Below are positions 20,778 through 30,546 of a stretch of 64,000 bases of DNA, one piece after another. Below the pieces are notes generated by a model that saw only the letters and a list, made by a program, of their open reading frames with translations, was not told where the DNA came from and did not search any database. Origin of the DNA: Candidatus Omnitrophota bacterium (GTDB taxonomy: Bacteria; Omnitrophota; Gorgyraeia; Zapsychrales; JANLHA01). The stretch lies in NCBI GenBank assembly GCA_020632555.1, contig JACKFI010000001.1, positions 133,152 through 197,151 on the forward strand, in the 5' to 3' direction. The translations under genes and the position numbers were made by a program. The first letter of the stretch is position 1. Each line of letters begins with the position of its first letter.

Positions 20778-21773
20778 TTAAATAAGATTGTTGACCTTTA
20801 GTAAACCACACAACTGTTTTAATGTAAATCGCTTATTAACTGCCAAATACGTCTGCTGTTTATTCGCTTTGTAATGATCTTTATGCTGACCAATGGTCTG
20901 ATAATTGTAAAATAAACTTGTCCGATAAATCAGTTGAAATATCTTTTCTGCGAATTGTGAATATGGGAATGATTGATTGTTCCTTTGATATAAGGGCGCC
21001 AATCCTAATGATATCTGTTCGAATCCTTCTTGTTTAAATTGAAACAAAGCATTGAGTATTAAAAAATCCTGGGATCCTAAAGGCGCTTTATCAGATACCC
21101 GAAGATGTTGAAGGGTGTAACTTAACACCTGACCTGTGTTCATTTTAGAAAAAATTGGATCAAAAGTGCAAAATCCAATGATATCTTTGTTTTTGACCAT
21201 ATAGAAATATCTAACCCCTGGCTCTTTGGTCCCATTAAAGGGCCGAGCCATAAACCGCAATTCTTTAGAACCCGGTTTTACTTTGAGCCATTGATCATTG
21301 ATGTCCCAGACTTTTTGAGCGTCAGCGTTATACTCAAAAACAAAATACTTTTGATTATTCAATTTTGAAAGATAACTCTTTAAACATTTTCTTTTTTTCC
21401 AAGACACCTCAAAATCTTGAGTATTGATCACATGCTCAACACCAAACCCATTGATTGTATAATTTAAACATTTTAATACTGTTGCATAGTCATAAGAAAT
21501 CTGACAATAAACAGCATTTTTGTGCTTTTGCTCAAACAAAACGGTTGCTTTTAACATTTCACTTTTGGGTGTTATCGGATCAGAAAGCACAAAATCAACA
21601 CCCCAAACAGATGTATAAGGAATAAAGCCTTGAAACGACGGATGACGAAATTCTCGAATGTCTTTCTGAAGAGCTGAATAAGACATGCTATTGGTACCGT
21701 ATTTCAAGATATTTTCAATCTTTATATGATTGTCAAAATTTACCAATGATTTATTTAAGGTTTGTCCGCTCAT
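20778..21773 (-). CDS. DUF2156 protein (C-terminal domain of aminoacyl-phosphatidylglycerol synthase MprF, stand-alone)
   Basis: 331 aa; N-terminal block ILKYGTNSMSYSALQKDIREF...FIPYTSVWGVDFVLSDPI resembles the LPG-synthase C-domain start; no TM flippase domain. Confidence 0.5.
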   Translation of the reverse strand: MSGQTLNKSLVNFDNHIKIENILKYGTNSMSYSALQKDIREFRHPSFQGFIPYTSVWGVDFVLSDPITPKSEMLKATVLFEQKHKNAVYCQISYDYATVLKCLNYTINGFGVEHVINTQDFEVSWKKRKCLKSYLSKLNNQKYFVFEYNADAQKVWDINDQWLKVKPGSKELRFMARPFNGTKEPGVRYFYMVKNKDIIGFCTFDPIFSKMNTGQVLSYTLQHLRVSDKAPLGSQDFLILNALFQFKQEGFEQISLGLAPLYQRNNQSFPYSQFAEKIFQLIYRTSLFYNYQTIGQHKDHYKANKQQTYLAVNKRFTLKQLCGLLKVNNLI

Positions 21774-21945
21774 GATAAATTCCTCTCTGGTCTAGGCATA
21801 ATTGGGCCAAGGTCCCCCTACCAAAAAATAATTGGGTCCCATCTTTTCCTTATTGATTGTTCTCTTTGAAGGCTCTTGCTCAACAAAACAATCTTTGCAA
21901 TTTATACCGTGCAACTTTGCATAAATTGTTTGCGCTAATCTTTTT

Positions 21946-23214
21946 TTATCCAATAGTGTTTGTGCACACATGATTCATCTCCCTTTTTAGTTTATGTGTT
22001 CTTCCGTATTTCTTATGGGCTTGAGTAAAGTGTCCGGCCGCAATGGCAGCCGCAATTGAGATTTCTCCTGCCAGAACAGTGGCGGCACAAATTTCAGCAA
22101 ACTTTTTTGATTTATCTTTTCCATAACAATCCATCAGTTCTAAACATTCTTTCTGAGTGGGAAGATGCGTTCCTCCACCCACAGTGCCCACAATCAAATT
22201 GGGCAATGAAATGGAGATATAAAGATCCCCTTGTTTGGTTAACTCCGCCCTGGAGGTCCCTGTTGAGGACTCAGCAACACAAGCAGCATCTTGACCACAA
22301 GCAATAAAAAGAGCTGTCAAAGCATTGGAGAAATGCGCATTGACCCCAATAGAACCACTGTGAATGCCGCCGACCATAGCCATATTGCTATACTCAACAA
22401 ATTCTTCAGGCGTTGTATGCAAAAACTTTTTGACTAGCAATTTATTGATAGTAACTTCGGCCAACATATTTTTTCCTCTACCTGCATATTGAGATAGCCT
22501 AGTGGCCTTTTTATCTCCAGAAAGATTGGCATCGATATACCATTTATTGGGTTTAATGGGACTGAACTTTTCAATATAGTGACAAATCGCGTCGGTGGCG
22601 ATAGTCACCATATTCTGCCCAGCCGCATCCCCGCTAACAAACTTAAAGTTAATCCAAACATATTTACCGTCTATCTTAGAATCAAAATCTTCAAGGTGAC
22701 CATAACGGGTTGTTGTTGTAACGATATCTCTTAAAATAGTAAAATGCTCTGATACCCAAGCCACAAATTGCGCGGACTCAAAAATACTATTAAAAATAAA
22801 TCCAGGCGAGCGCGTTATCGTTTCGGAAATACACAAAACATTCGCTCCACCACTGAGTGTTATAATCTTTGCTCCTCTGTTATAGGAGGCCACCAAAGCC
22901 CCTTCAGTGGTCGCTAATGGGACGTGCCATGAGCCACCCGCATAAGCCCCATTGACTCTCAAGGGACCAATCAATCCAATTGGAATCTGAGCCATACCAT
23001 AAAAGTTCTCTATATTCCCATCAAAAATACTGGGATCTTGAATCTTCTTGATTCCAGCCAAATAAGGCCCAGCTGGCGGTTGCTGATTTTTCATAGGTTT
23101 TACCCCAATCCCGTGATTCTTAATGTTATTTTTTATTTGACCTAAAACTTCCGAATCAATGATTGTATTTAACCTCGTTTTCATTTGACTTTTTGATATA
23201 TACATTTCGCTCAC
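21946..23214 (-). CDS. Hydroxymethylglutaryl-CoA reductase (class I catalytic domain)
   Basis: 422 aa; ENFYGMAQIPIGLIGPLRVNG, VPLATTEGALVAS, DAAGQNM and VGTVGGGT motifs match the HMGR catalytic core. Confidence 0.8.
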   Translation of the reverse strand: MSEMYISKSQMKTRLNTIIDSEVLGQIKNNIKNHGIGVKPMKNQQPPAGPYLAGIKKIQDPSIFDGNIENFYGMAQIPIGLIGPLRVNGAYAGGSWHVPLATTEGALVASYNRGAKIITLSGGANVLCISETITRSPGFIFNSIFESAQFVAWVSEHFTILRDIVTTTTRYGHLEDFDSKIDGKYVWINFKFVSGDAAGQNMVTIATDAICHYIEKFSPIKPNKWYIDANLSGDKKATRLSQYAGRGKNMLAEVTINKLLVKKFLHTTPEEFVEYSNMAMVGGIHSGSIGVNAHFSNALTALFIACGQDAACVAESSTGTSRAELTKQGDLYISISLPNLIVGTVGGGTHLPTQKECLELMDCYGKDKSKKFAEICAATVLAGEISIAAAIAAGHFTQAHKKYGRTHKLKREMNHVCTNTIG

Positions 23215-23847
23215 CTACCTTTCCACTCGCATGGCGAGTTGCTCTTGACGAAAGTTCTGGTCATTTTTTAACCCTAGGATTTGATTTTTTAAATTCTGAT
23301 CAAATGGTTTTTCCCCAATCCATACCGAAAATAAAGCCTTGGCAAAATCATTGCCTTGAATAACTCCGGTGAGTTGATCATTATGAGCAAACTTTGTACC
23401 AACTCCGGGAATATACGTTAATGAAAATCTATCGCCGGGTTTTAAATCAACAAAATATTGGCCCATTAAATCAACTTCTGCGGCAATGCTGTTGAATTGC
23501 TCATTGGTTATATTTTCTTTCATCGTATCAATTGTAAAATTGTTGAGTTTTTTGCCAGGGATTTTAACGAAATACTCAACTTCAATTCTTTTTGCTGTCT
23601 GGCCGAGAACAATTTCTTGATCAATCGCATCTGTATAAAAACCAGCAACAAAGGCCTTAAAAAAGACCACGGTCTTTAAACCTGTTCCTTGAAGAGTCAT
23701 GCTAATGCCTTCGTCTTGATAAGTCTCTTCAAAATTAACGCCAACAATCTGTGCCGCATTGGCATTGAATGAAATAAAAATGCTGCACAAAAAAGTTGTG
23801 ACAAAAATATTAATTTTCTTCATTTGACCTCCCCTGACTATTGGCAC
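23215..23847 (-). CDS. Secreted hypothetical protein (possible chalcone-isomerase-like lipid-binding fold)
   Basis: 210 aa with signal peptide (..SFNANA); weak resemblance (VVFFKAFVAGFY) to bacterial CHI-like proteins; low certainty. Confidence 0.35.
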   Translation of the reverse strand: MPIVRGGQMKKINIFVTTFLCSIFISFNANAAQIVGVNFEETYQDEGISMTLQGTGLKTVVFFKAFVAGFYTDAIDQEIVLGQTAKRIEVEYFVKIPGKKLNNFTIDTMKENITNEQFNSIAAEVDLMGQYFVDLKPGDRFSLTYIPGVGTKFAHNDQLTGVIQGNDFAKALFSVWIGEKPFDQNLKNQILGLKNDQNFRQEQLAMRVER

Positions 23848-24361
23848 TGTTTAAGATGGATGAAGTCGTATAATTAAAAGCAACTCCTAAATAACCCATG
23901 CTCTTGGACTGCATAGAACCTTTGAAATAATTTTGGCTTTGTTGATACTCTAGCTGGTCGGGGAAAAACATAGCCGCGATATATTGACAGCTTATGGTAA
24001 ATTTTCTTTTTGGAGAGACCAGAACACTAAAATATCTATCCGTCAAATCCGGCACTATCCGACTTTCCTCAATATCCCAAAAAAGGAAATTATTAACCAT
24101 CACGGGAAAGTCATTGGGATTAAATATCGTTATTAATATGTCGTGGCGTGTTCTCAGTTCACCATGCTGATCTGTAGTTCCACAAATAAAATCAGCCCGA
24201 TTCTCATACTCAATAGGATCTTGAATATATGCTTGGACGCTGACAACAGTGCTGGCCGCAATGATTGCAGCAAAAAGTAGAATTTTGATAAGTTGATTGA
24301 TTTTGACTGTCATTGCTCTGCTCTCCTTTATGTTGCTAGAATAGCAGGCTCCAAAAAACAA
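23810..24361 (-). CDS. Secreted hypothetical protein
   Basis: 183 aa; signal peptide; no motif. Confidence 0.3.
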   Translation of the reverse strand: MFFGACYSSNIKESRAMTVKINQLIKILLFAAIIAASTVVSVQAYIQDPIEYENRADFICGTTDQHGELRTRHDILITIFNPNDFPVMVNNFLFWDIEESRIVPDLTDRYFSVLVSPKRKFTISCQYIAAMFFPDQLEYQQSQNYFKGSMQSKSMGYLGVAFNYTTSSILNSANSQGRSNEEN

Positions 24362-24431
24362 TCAACGCCGCATGATACACTACATAACATGTATATAAAA
24401 GTAAGTGTTTAGTATATTTCTTGAAATCTTC

Positions 24432-25325
24432 TTAAAGCGTTTGAAGATAAGTGGTTAGGTTAACATCCTTGTTTGTTATACCTAATTTATTGCGGATTCT
24501 GTTCCGATGAGTCTCTACAGTCTTGGAAGAAATGTTTAACATTTCTACAATTTCTTTGCTGCTAACTCCGTTTTTAATGAGATTGGCGATCTCGACTTCA
24601 CGTGGGGATAATTTCAACTGCTGCTCAGAAACCTTAATGCCAAAAGTTGAAGTTAAGTCTTTCAAGTTCTTCTCTAAAATGTCAATATACTTTTTGTCTA
24701 AGCGGGTTCCTTTTCGCTTGATTTTCTTTAAAGCGGGAATCAAAACTTCCTCGACATTCATCACAACCCCTTCTTTGATTCTTTTTTTCTCTAATTCTAT
24801 TTGCTCCAAAATCTCCTTCAATGCCCCATTTTTTTGCTCGATAGCTTGCTCTGATTTCTTGCGATCGGTTATGTCATGCTGAATAGCGATATAATGAGTC
24901 AAATTCCCCGATTCATCCTTGATGGGCTCAATATGCCACTCATTCCAAAACTCGGAACCATCTTTGCGATAGTTAATGGCTTGCCCATAAAACACTTCTC
25001 CGGCTTCTAATGCTGCTCTAAGCCTGCGGGTAACAGATTGATCTGTCTTTGGCCCTTGTAGGATGCGAGGCGTCTTTCCCAGCACGTCCTCGGGCAAATA
25101 GCCGGTCATCCTTGTAAAACCCGGATTCACATAAAGAATTTTAGGGCCGGGCGGATCCAAATCTTTTGTTGTGACAATAATCGAATCTTGAGTAAAGTGA
25201 ACCACAGAGGCCAGAAGCTTTTCATCTGCTTGATATTTTGAATTGTATTGACTCATGCTTGTGAAATTTCCTAAAGTTTTAATCACTTTTCCCCTAATTC
25301 TACGTTGACTTGTGCAACATGACAA
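24432..25325 (-). CDS. PAS-domain LuxR-family transcriptional regulator
   Basis: 297 aa; PAS fold in the N-terminal half; C-terminal LuxR HTH (LSPREVEIANLIKNGVSSKEIVEMLNISSKTVETHRNRIRNKLGI). Confidence 0.75.
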   Translation of the reverse strand: MSCCTSQRRIRGKVIKTLGNFTSMSQYNSKYQADEKLLASVVHFTQDSIIVTTKDLDPPGPKILYVNPGFTRMTGYLPEDVLGKTPRILQGPKTDQSVTRRLRAALEAGEVFYGQAINYRKDGSEFWNEWHIEPIKDESGNLTHYIAIQHDITDRKKSEQAIEQKNGALKEILEQIELEKKRIKEGVVMNVEEVLIPALKKIKRKGTRLDKKYIDILEKNLKDLTSTFGIKVSEQQLKLSPREVEIANLIKNGVSSKEIVEMLNISSKTVETHRNRIRNKLGITNKDVNLTTYLQTL

Positions 25326-25399
25326 GTGAATTTACGAGCCTGAAAACATCCCTTGATCATTCTTTTCTCATGACTATTAATAGTGGTTTTATTGTCAAA

Positions 25400-25456
25400 A
25401 GGCGGGATAGAACTATCTTCGATAGGTTCAGGTTATGAAAGGTCTAGCCTGATTCC
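25400..25456 (-). pseudogene. Degraded tRNA-fMet-like fragment (putative distal att remnant of the island)
   Basis: ttcaggttatga (25427-25438) is a 12/12 match to the anticodon arm of the intact tRNA-fMet at 38759-38770, same orientation. Upstream gcgggatagaac resembles a deleted version of the tRNA 3' half (gcggggacaggatttgaac). Confidence 0.35.
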
Positions 25457-25480
25457 CAACCTGTTTAATAACAATATGTT

Positions 25481-25515
25481 GCGTGATGGTCAAAAAAATG
25501 TGCCAGATTTGTGCC
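25481..25515 (+). repeat. Island direct-repeat motif, copy 1 (TGTGCCA-N4-TGTGCC)
   Basis: gcgtgatggtcaaaaaaATGTGCCAGATTTGTGCC; the 22-nt core is identical to copies at 29991-30012 and 35931-35952 apart from one base, and the flanking 5' similarity with copy 2 extends to about 35 bp. Confidence 0.7.
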
Positions 25516-25556
25516 TATCCTAAAGAGCTACTTTTTTTGATGATAAGCCGACCTGA

Positions 25557-26690
25557 TTAAGTGTCCTTCAATGCGTAACTTGTGCTGCGCCCACCCGCGG
25601 TTTCTTTTACTAAAATACCCTTTTCAACAAGATCGAGAATATCGCGCAACGCCGTGTCCTGTGAACACTGGGTGATCTTCGCCCATTTAGAAGAAGTGAG
25701 CTTGCCTTCAAAACCATCAAACAACTTATTGATGATCATCTTCTGCCTCTCGTTAAGGGATTGGGCAGGATGAGATTCCCAAAAACGCGCTTTCTTAAAT
25801 ACACCCGACAAAGTATTTTCAGTTGCATCCAACGCCCGACCCAAACAGCTCAGGAACCACACAAGCCATGGCGTAATATCAATGCCGTCTTTTGTGGCAC
25901 GGTTACTTTTCTGTGTTTTTTCAAGAATATCATAATAGGCATTCCGTTCCTGCCGGATCTGATTCGACATGCTGTAAAAACGCTCCCGGCTGCCGTCGGC
26001 ACGTGCCAGTTGCATATCGGCAATAGCCCGGGCAATTCTTCCGTTACCATCATCAAAAGGATGAAGTGTCACAAACCACAAATGCCCAATACCAGCTTTG
26101 AGCACAGGATCTAAATCCTTTGTGAGCGAAATCGAAGTGTTAAACCATTTCAGAAATTCCTTCATTTCACTTTTAAGACGGTTGGCCTGCGGTGCTTTAT
26201 AATGAACCTTCTCCCGGCCGATAGGACCAGACACAACTCTCATGGGACCATGCTTATCGTCGCGCCAATCAGCCACTGTAATTTTATGCATTCCGCTTCT
26301 ACCGGTTGGGAATAAACTGGCATGCCAGCCAAACATTCGATCCTGCGTAAGGGGCTTGTCAAATTTCTGTGTGGCATCGAGCATCATTTCCACCACTCCA
26401 TCCACATGACGATCAGAAGGCACAAGTCCACCGATGTCCATGCCCAGCCTGCGTGCAATGGATGACCGCACTTTGGCAGGGTCAAGAATCTCACCTTCAA
26501 TTTCACTACTTTTTAAAACATCAAGGGTGAGAGTCTGCAGGATTGCCTCGGAACGCAAAGAAAAACCCAATGCTTCCATTCTTCCAATCAGTCGCCCTTG
26601 GCGATTGCGGACAGTCCCCAAGATAGACGCGACCTTTTCGTGATCCCATGTCAATTTAGGCCAAATGGTTAATTCATGAATGTATTTCAT
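25557..26690 (-). CDS. Fic family protein (AMPylase-type toxin, class with N-terminal inhibitory motif)
   Basis: 377 aa; Fic motif HPFDDGNGRIARA; N-terminal S-x-x-x-E-G (SSEIEG) inhibitory-helix motif; C-terminal winged-helix-like region. Confidence 0.85.
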   Translation of the reverse strand: MKYIHELTIWPKLTWDHEKVASILGTVRNRQGRLIGRMEALGFSLRSEAILQTLTLDVLKSSEIEGEILDPAKVRSSIARRLGMDIGGLVPSDRHVDGVVEMMLDATQKFDKPLTQDRMFGWHASLFPTGRSGMHKITVADWRDDKHGPMRVVSGPIGREKVHYKAPQANRLKSEMKEFLKWFNTSISLTKDLDPVLKAGIGHLWFVTLHPFDDGNGRIARAIADMQLARADGSRERFYSMSNQIRQERNAYYDILEKTQKSNRATKDGIDITPWLVWFLSCLGRALDATENTLSGVFKKARFWESHPAQSLNERQKMIINKLFDGFEGKLTSSKWAKITQCSQDTALRDILDLVEKGILVKETAGGRSTSYALKDT

Positions 26691-26889
26691 GGCAAATTCC
26701 TGCGGTGAATAGTCTCATTATTCTACGCATACTATGCGGAGAATATACCATGTTTTCTCCGCATACACAAGAGAGATTTAAATCTATATTGCTCCCTACT
26801 AAAAGAAAGCGTCATTGGATATAACGGCTATGTCCAATCATATCCAATTATTGAATCTTTCCATGAGATTTGAAACGATGTGCCGGATT

Positions 26890-26909
26890 CCTGCCTACCG
26901 GCAGGCAGG
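26890..26909. repeat. Near-palindrome CCTGCCTACCGGCAGGCAGG (copy 1)
   Basis: 7-bp arms CCTGCCT/AGGCAGG around ACCGGC; embedded in a degenerate copy of the TGTGCC motif (gaTGTGCCggattcCTGCC...ggTGTGCCaa). Second copy at 38564-38583. Confidence 0.6.
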
Positions 26910-26918
26910 TGTGCCAAG

Positions 26919-27866
26919 TTATAATCGATCTGAATATTGTGAGATTGTACTTAAAATTTCATCAAACGATATTTGCCCCTGATAATACAATGTTGCAGTT
27001 TTTAGGCACTCCTTCTTAAATTGATCTCTTATCTTCGTATCTTTCAGCAAAAAAGCCTCCTGCTTTGCAATAGGAAACTTTTGATCTGCGACGGGAAATC
27101 TCTTCTTCTTATGCTCGTTGTATTCTGAAGTCCCGATAAACTTCTGAACCGTATCGTTTTGCAAAAGGCAAGCAACATCGTAATAATGCCGGATAAAATT
27201 AGCAGGCATCTTTCCGGACTCTTGCAGTTTCCGAAACTTTGTTGCGATTGTTTGCAATTTCTCAACAAACGTATAACCCAGATGATAGCACAAAACACCA
27301 CCAGCTCTATTATCCTTAACCTTGAGTCCATTCTGCAATGCAAAATCAAGCGCCCAAGAGCTAATATCCATCGGGCTGTTGGGCGTCACCTCATCAAACC
27401 CAACTTCGAGCAATACACCCTCTTTTATGCCGCCGGCAACAGAGAAAGCACTTTTGTAAAAAAGCCGTATTCCACCGCTAAAGAATTTTTCATTATCAAA
27501 TTCCGTGTCACGAATAATTCTTTGTATCCCATCAATATTAATTTTCTTCGCCAACCAGTCATAGTATTTCTTACGGCTTGCACAATGATCTGGTTTTATA
27601 TGGTTTGGACCTGTCTTGACTTCCATGCCGGCAGGCGGTTCGATACGAATATCAATGTCCTCAGAAAATCGATGAATAATGCCATACCCTTTTGAGAGCG
27701 ACGTACCTCCTTTGAGCTCGAAGGTAAATCCCCCTTGTTGCAAACCATATAAAACATGCATGATCCAATAATCTTTTTCAACCAGACTACGCTCTATCTT
27801 TTTTTCATGCTCTACAGCTCGCAAGAGTTCTTTAAATTCAGCGTGGTTATGTAAATAATCAGACAT
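26919..27866 (-). CDS. AbiEii/DUF1814 nucleotidyltransferase toxin (type IV TA)
   Basis: 315 aa; start of family alignment (MHVLYGLQQGGFTFELKGGTSLSKGYGIIHRFSEDIDIRI); 8-bp overlap with the upstream AbiEi gene. Confidence 0.8.
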   Translation of the reverse strand: MSDYLHNHAEFKELLRAVEHEKKIERSLVEKDYWIMHVLYGLQQGGFTFELKGGTSLSKGYGIIHRFSEDIDIRIEPPAGMEVKTGPNHIKPDHCASRKKYYDWLAKKINIDGIQRIIRDTEFDNEKFFSGGIRLFYKSAFSVAGGIKEGVLLEVGFDEVTPNSPMDISSWALDFALQNGLKVKDNRAGGVLCYHLGYTFVEKLQTIATKFRKLQESGKMPANFIRHYYDVACLLQNDTVQKFIGTSEYNEHKKKRFPVADQKFPIAKQEAFLLKDTKIRDQFKKECLKTATLYYQGQISFDEILSTISQYSDRL

Positions 27867-28452
27867 GTGCTAAGTTTCCCTCTAACATCCATTGATTAAA
27901 TAAAGTTTTTGTTCTTTCTCCTGCATAAACATTGACCGCGCGCTTCATCTGAGATTCTGGTTCTTTCAGCACTTTTTCCTTAACACTTCGCAAAACACTT
28001 TCCCGATCTTCCGCTAACTCATTTAAATTGTTCAGTAAATCAACCAGTAGAAATTCTTCGGACAATTCTCTGGGGAATTTATGCTTTAATCGAAAATCAA
28101 ACTCCTTTCCACCAAGAACGAATTGACCATGCCGTTTATGATTATAAACAAAGCGCGTATTGTACAACTGCGTAGTTCCCACTCCTAAAGAATTGTAAAG
28201 GTTAGGCGAGGTTAAAAGAAAATCATCGCTTTTTAAGAAGGCCCGTACCAATTTTTCGTCTTCCGGTGGCACAGAGCCAAACGAGGCTTTTGCAGGATAA
28301 TAGTACAATCCCTGTGACATTTTTTGCAAGGTCCCCTCATCAACCAGTTGCTTTAAATGCCGATCAACCGCGGTTGACCATTGCTCCAGATCAACCCTGC
28401 GATAAACCTGTCCCGGTTTTAAATGCCTTTTAAGTTCGCTAAGCGCGTCCAC
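27859..28452 (-). CDS. AbiEi-like antitoxin/transcriptional regulator
   Basis: 197 aa; AbiEi_4-like N-terminus (LKPGQVYRRVDLEQWSTAVDRHLKQLVDEGTLQKMSQGLYYYP); position and overlap with AbiEii. Confidence 0.7.
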   Translation of the reverse strand: MDALSELKRHLKPGQVYRRVDLEQWSTAVDRHLKQLVDEGTLQKMSQGLYYYPAKASFGSVPPEDEKLVRAFLKSDDFLLTSPNLYNSLGVGTTQLYNTRFVYNHKRHGQFVLGGKEFDFRLKHKFPRELSEEFLLVDLLNNLNELAEDRESVLRSVKEKVLKEPESQMKRAVNVYAGERTKTLFNQWMLEGNLAHV

Positions 28453-28568
28453 GTCTTCTGCCTCCTACTTACCTCAAGTATAAAGAGTTTTCTCTAAGAA
28501 TGCAACAATATTAATTTAAAATTCATGCAAATAAAGTGGAAGGACGCACCCAAGATGCTGATATAAAT

Positions 28569-29918
28569 CTAATTGTGATGATTAGCCATCATCCAATCAA
28601 GCACCCCTTTAACACGACGCCAGACAGTAGCCATCTCATGGGCATAATACCGAGCCTCATCCTCTCCGCCCATAGATAAATAATCAGGAATCGCCTTCAA
28701 ACGGAAACCTTTGACAAGATAATTAGGAATAAATTTATTTGTTTTAAAAGCGCGCGCCATCATTTCCCTTGATTGCAACGAATCACCTTCTTTAATAAAC
28801 CACACCAACGCCCTCGTGTAGCACCATGGCGCGGAGCAATCATTCGCATACGGCCCATCCTCCATGAATTGTTCAAGTTCCGCAAATTTCGATCTCTTTG
28901 CCAGATAGCCTGCAAGAACATAGCGCATTCCCTGATTGTCATTCTCATTCAAACACAGCATATCGCGACACACCTCAATCGCTTCGGCATGCTTACCAAG
29001 CTCCCATAAAATTTCCTGAAGTCCAGCCAAAGCGCGCATATACGGCCTTGATTCCAGCAAAGCCCAAAATTGTCCGGCATTCTCTATAAAAAATTTTTGC
29101 CCTAATGCTTCTTTGCCAACCCTAACCCCTTGTAAAAAGTAGGTTGCGGCTTCGTCAAGATACTCTGCTGAATCACCTAAAACAACGTAGGCATCCGTGC
29201 AATTCGGATCAAGATTTAAAGCTTTTTGAGCCAAACCAACACGCTCATCAGAATCAGCCCGCTCCCATGCTTCATAAATCAACTCTTGAGCGATACGTGC
29301 AGGCGACGCATCTGCGAGCTCAGAGGCGGCTTCACCCAATTCTCTTCTTAAGTAAGTCTTCAAATCTTCCTCTTTTGGAATACCCCAAAGAATATTTCTA
29401 AGATCTGGTGGGACCTTGTAACCGTAAAGTGCCGAAAACGTCTCGATCGGAAACCCGTATTTCAGCGCTCCCATGGGCATGCCATTCAATTGAGCGGCTA
29501 CGACGGCCGCAGGATCCTCGTCCTTCTTAGCTTTACTCAGCCACCAGCGGGAATTTAAGACCATCTGGTTCATGGAGGCAAGCACACTGCGATCATTGGC
29601 TTTATCGACGACAATCTCGTCACAGCCTTGCAAAACTTTCTGCATCATTTCACTTGGACAATGCGTATGAAACATAGCACGCGAAAGCCCTTTGTAAAAA
29701 AGTTCACGAAGGTTTTTGAGATCCTTTTTCTTCACTCCCGCGACAAGGAAAGAAAACAGCGTCGATCGATGAGTAAAAAGCAGCTGCTTCTTGTGCTCAT
29801 GATAAAATAAATTCACGAACCATTCTGAAACAGATGGACTATCAGTGTTCAAAGATAAAGACTGAGGCTTGATACCGCTAAACAATAAAAACTTTTGTGT
29901 CCCACGTAAAAGAATCAT
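28569..29918 (-). CDS. Hypothetical protein with TPR-like helical C-terminal half
   Basis: 449 aa; no catalytic motif recognised; island cargo between the AbiE pair and repeat copy 2. Confidence 0.4.
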   Translation of the reverse strand: MILLRGTQKFLLFSGIKPQSLSLNTDSPSVSEWFVNLFYHEHKKQLLFTHRSTLFSFLVAGVKKKDLKNLRELFYKGLSRAMFHTHCPSEMMQKVLQGCDEIVVDKANDRSVLASMNQMVLNSRWWLSKAKKDEDPAAVVAAQLNGMPMGALKYGFPIETFSALYGYKVPPDLRNILWGIPKEEDLKTYLRRELGEAASELADASPARIAQELIYEAWERADSDERVGLAQKALNLDPNCTDAYVVLGDSAEYLDEAATYFLQGVRVGKEALGQKFFIENAGQFWALLESRPYMRALAGLQEILWELGKHAEAIEVCRDMLCLNENDNQGMRYVLAGYLAKRSKFAELEQFMEDGPYANDCSAPWCYTRALVWFIKEGDSLQSREMMARAFKTNKFIPNYLVKGFRLKAIPDYLSMGGEDEARYYAHEMATVWRRVKGVLDWMMANHHN

Positions 29919-29976
29919 TTTTTAATAACCTAACGTTGTTAAATCACCTACAAGCGCCCTCGTTTTGTCATACACT

Positions 29977-30012
29977 GCGTAATGGTCAATAAAAATGTGC
30001 CAGATTTGTGCC
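29977..30012 (+). repeat. Island direct-repeat motif, copy 2
   Basis: gcgtaatggtcaataaaaATGTGCCAGATTTGTGCC; ends 5 bp before the stop of the 141-aa ORF and 59 bp upstream of the 449-aa gene's start. Confidence 0.7.
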
Positions 30013-30017
30013 ACATG

Positions 30018-30443
30018 CTATATGAGTTTTTCCATTTTTTCTATAGCAGCATAGTAAATACTCAAAAACTTATCTTTTATTGTAAAAAGCTCGTCCATCA
30101 TTTTTTCAGAATGGGACTTATTCTCATATTCAAAAGGATAAAACCGAATACCCTTTTTATAAAATCCGCCTTCATAATTAATTTGAAAAAAATAATCTCG
30201 GTCAACAAGAGATCGATGCTTACTCAAGTTACAAAAACTCCTCACGTAGCCAAACTCATCTGAGTCAATCCATTCTCCTATAGCATTCTCTAAATCCGGA
30301 GCGATACCTTTCAATTGTTTACTCACTTTATAAATTGTAACTTTGCTTCGGGGCAGCGTAGAAGATAGGATTACCATATTGATTACCTGTGCGCAAATAT
30401 CAGGAGCCAAAGAGAATATTTCCAAACGTGCCATATTCAGCAC
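30018..30443 (-). CDS. Hypothetical protein
   Basis: 141 aa ORF 100 bp downstream of rtcA on the same strand; no motif. Confidence 0.3.
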   Translation of the reverse strand: MLNMARLEIFSLAPDICAQVINMVILSSTLPRSKVTIYKVSKQLKGIAPDLENAIGEWIDSDEFGYVRSFCNLSKHRSLVDRDYFFQINYEGGFYKKGIRFYPFEYENKSHSEKMMDELFTIKDKFLSIYYAAIEKMEKLI

Positions 30444-30546
30444 AAACCTGCCGAAGGACGAGCAAGTCCGCCAGAAGCAAATGAACCCGACACTCCTGGA
30501 AATGTTCTCTTTTACTCTCTTTTGAGTTTCTTTAGAATTTTATTTT

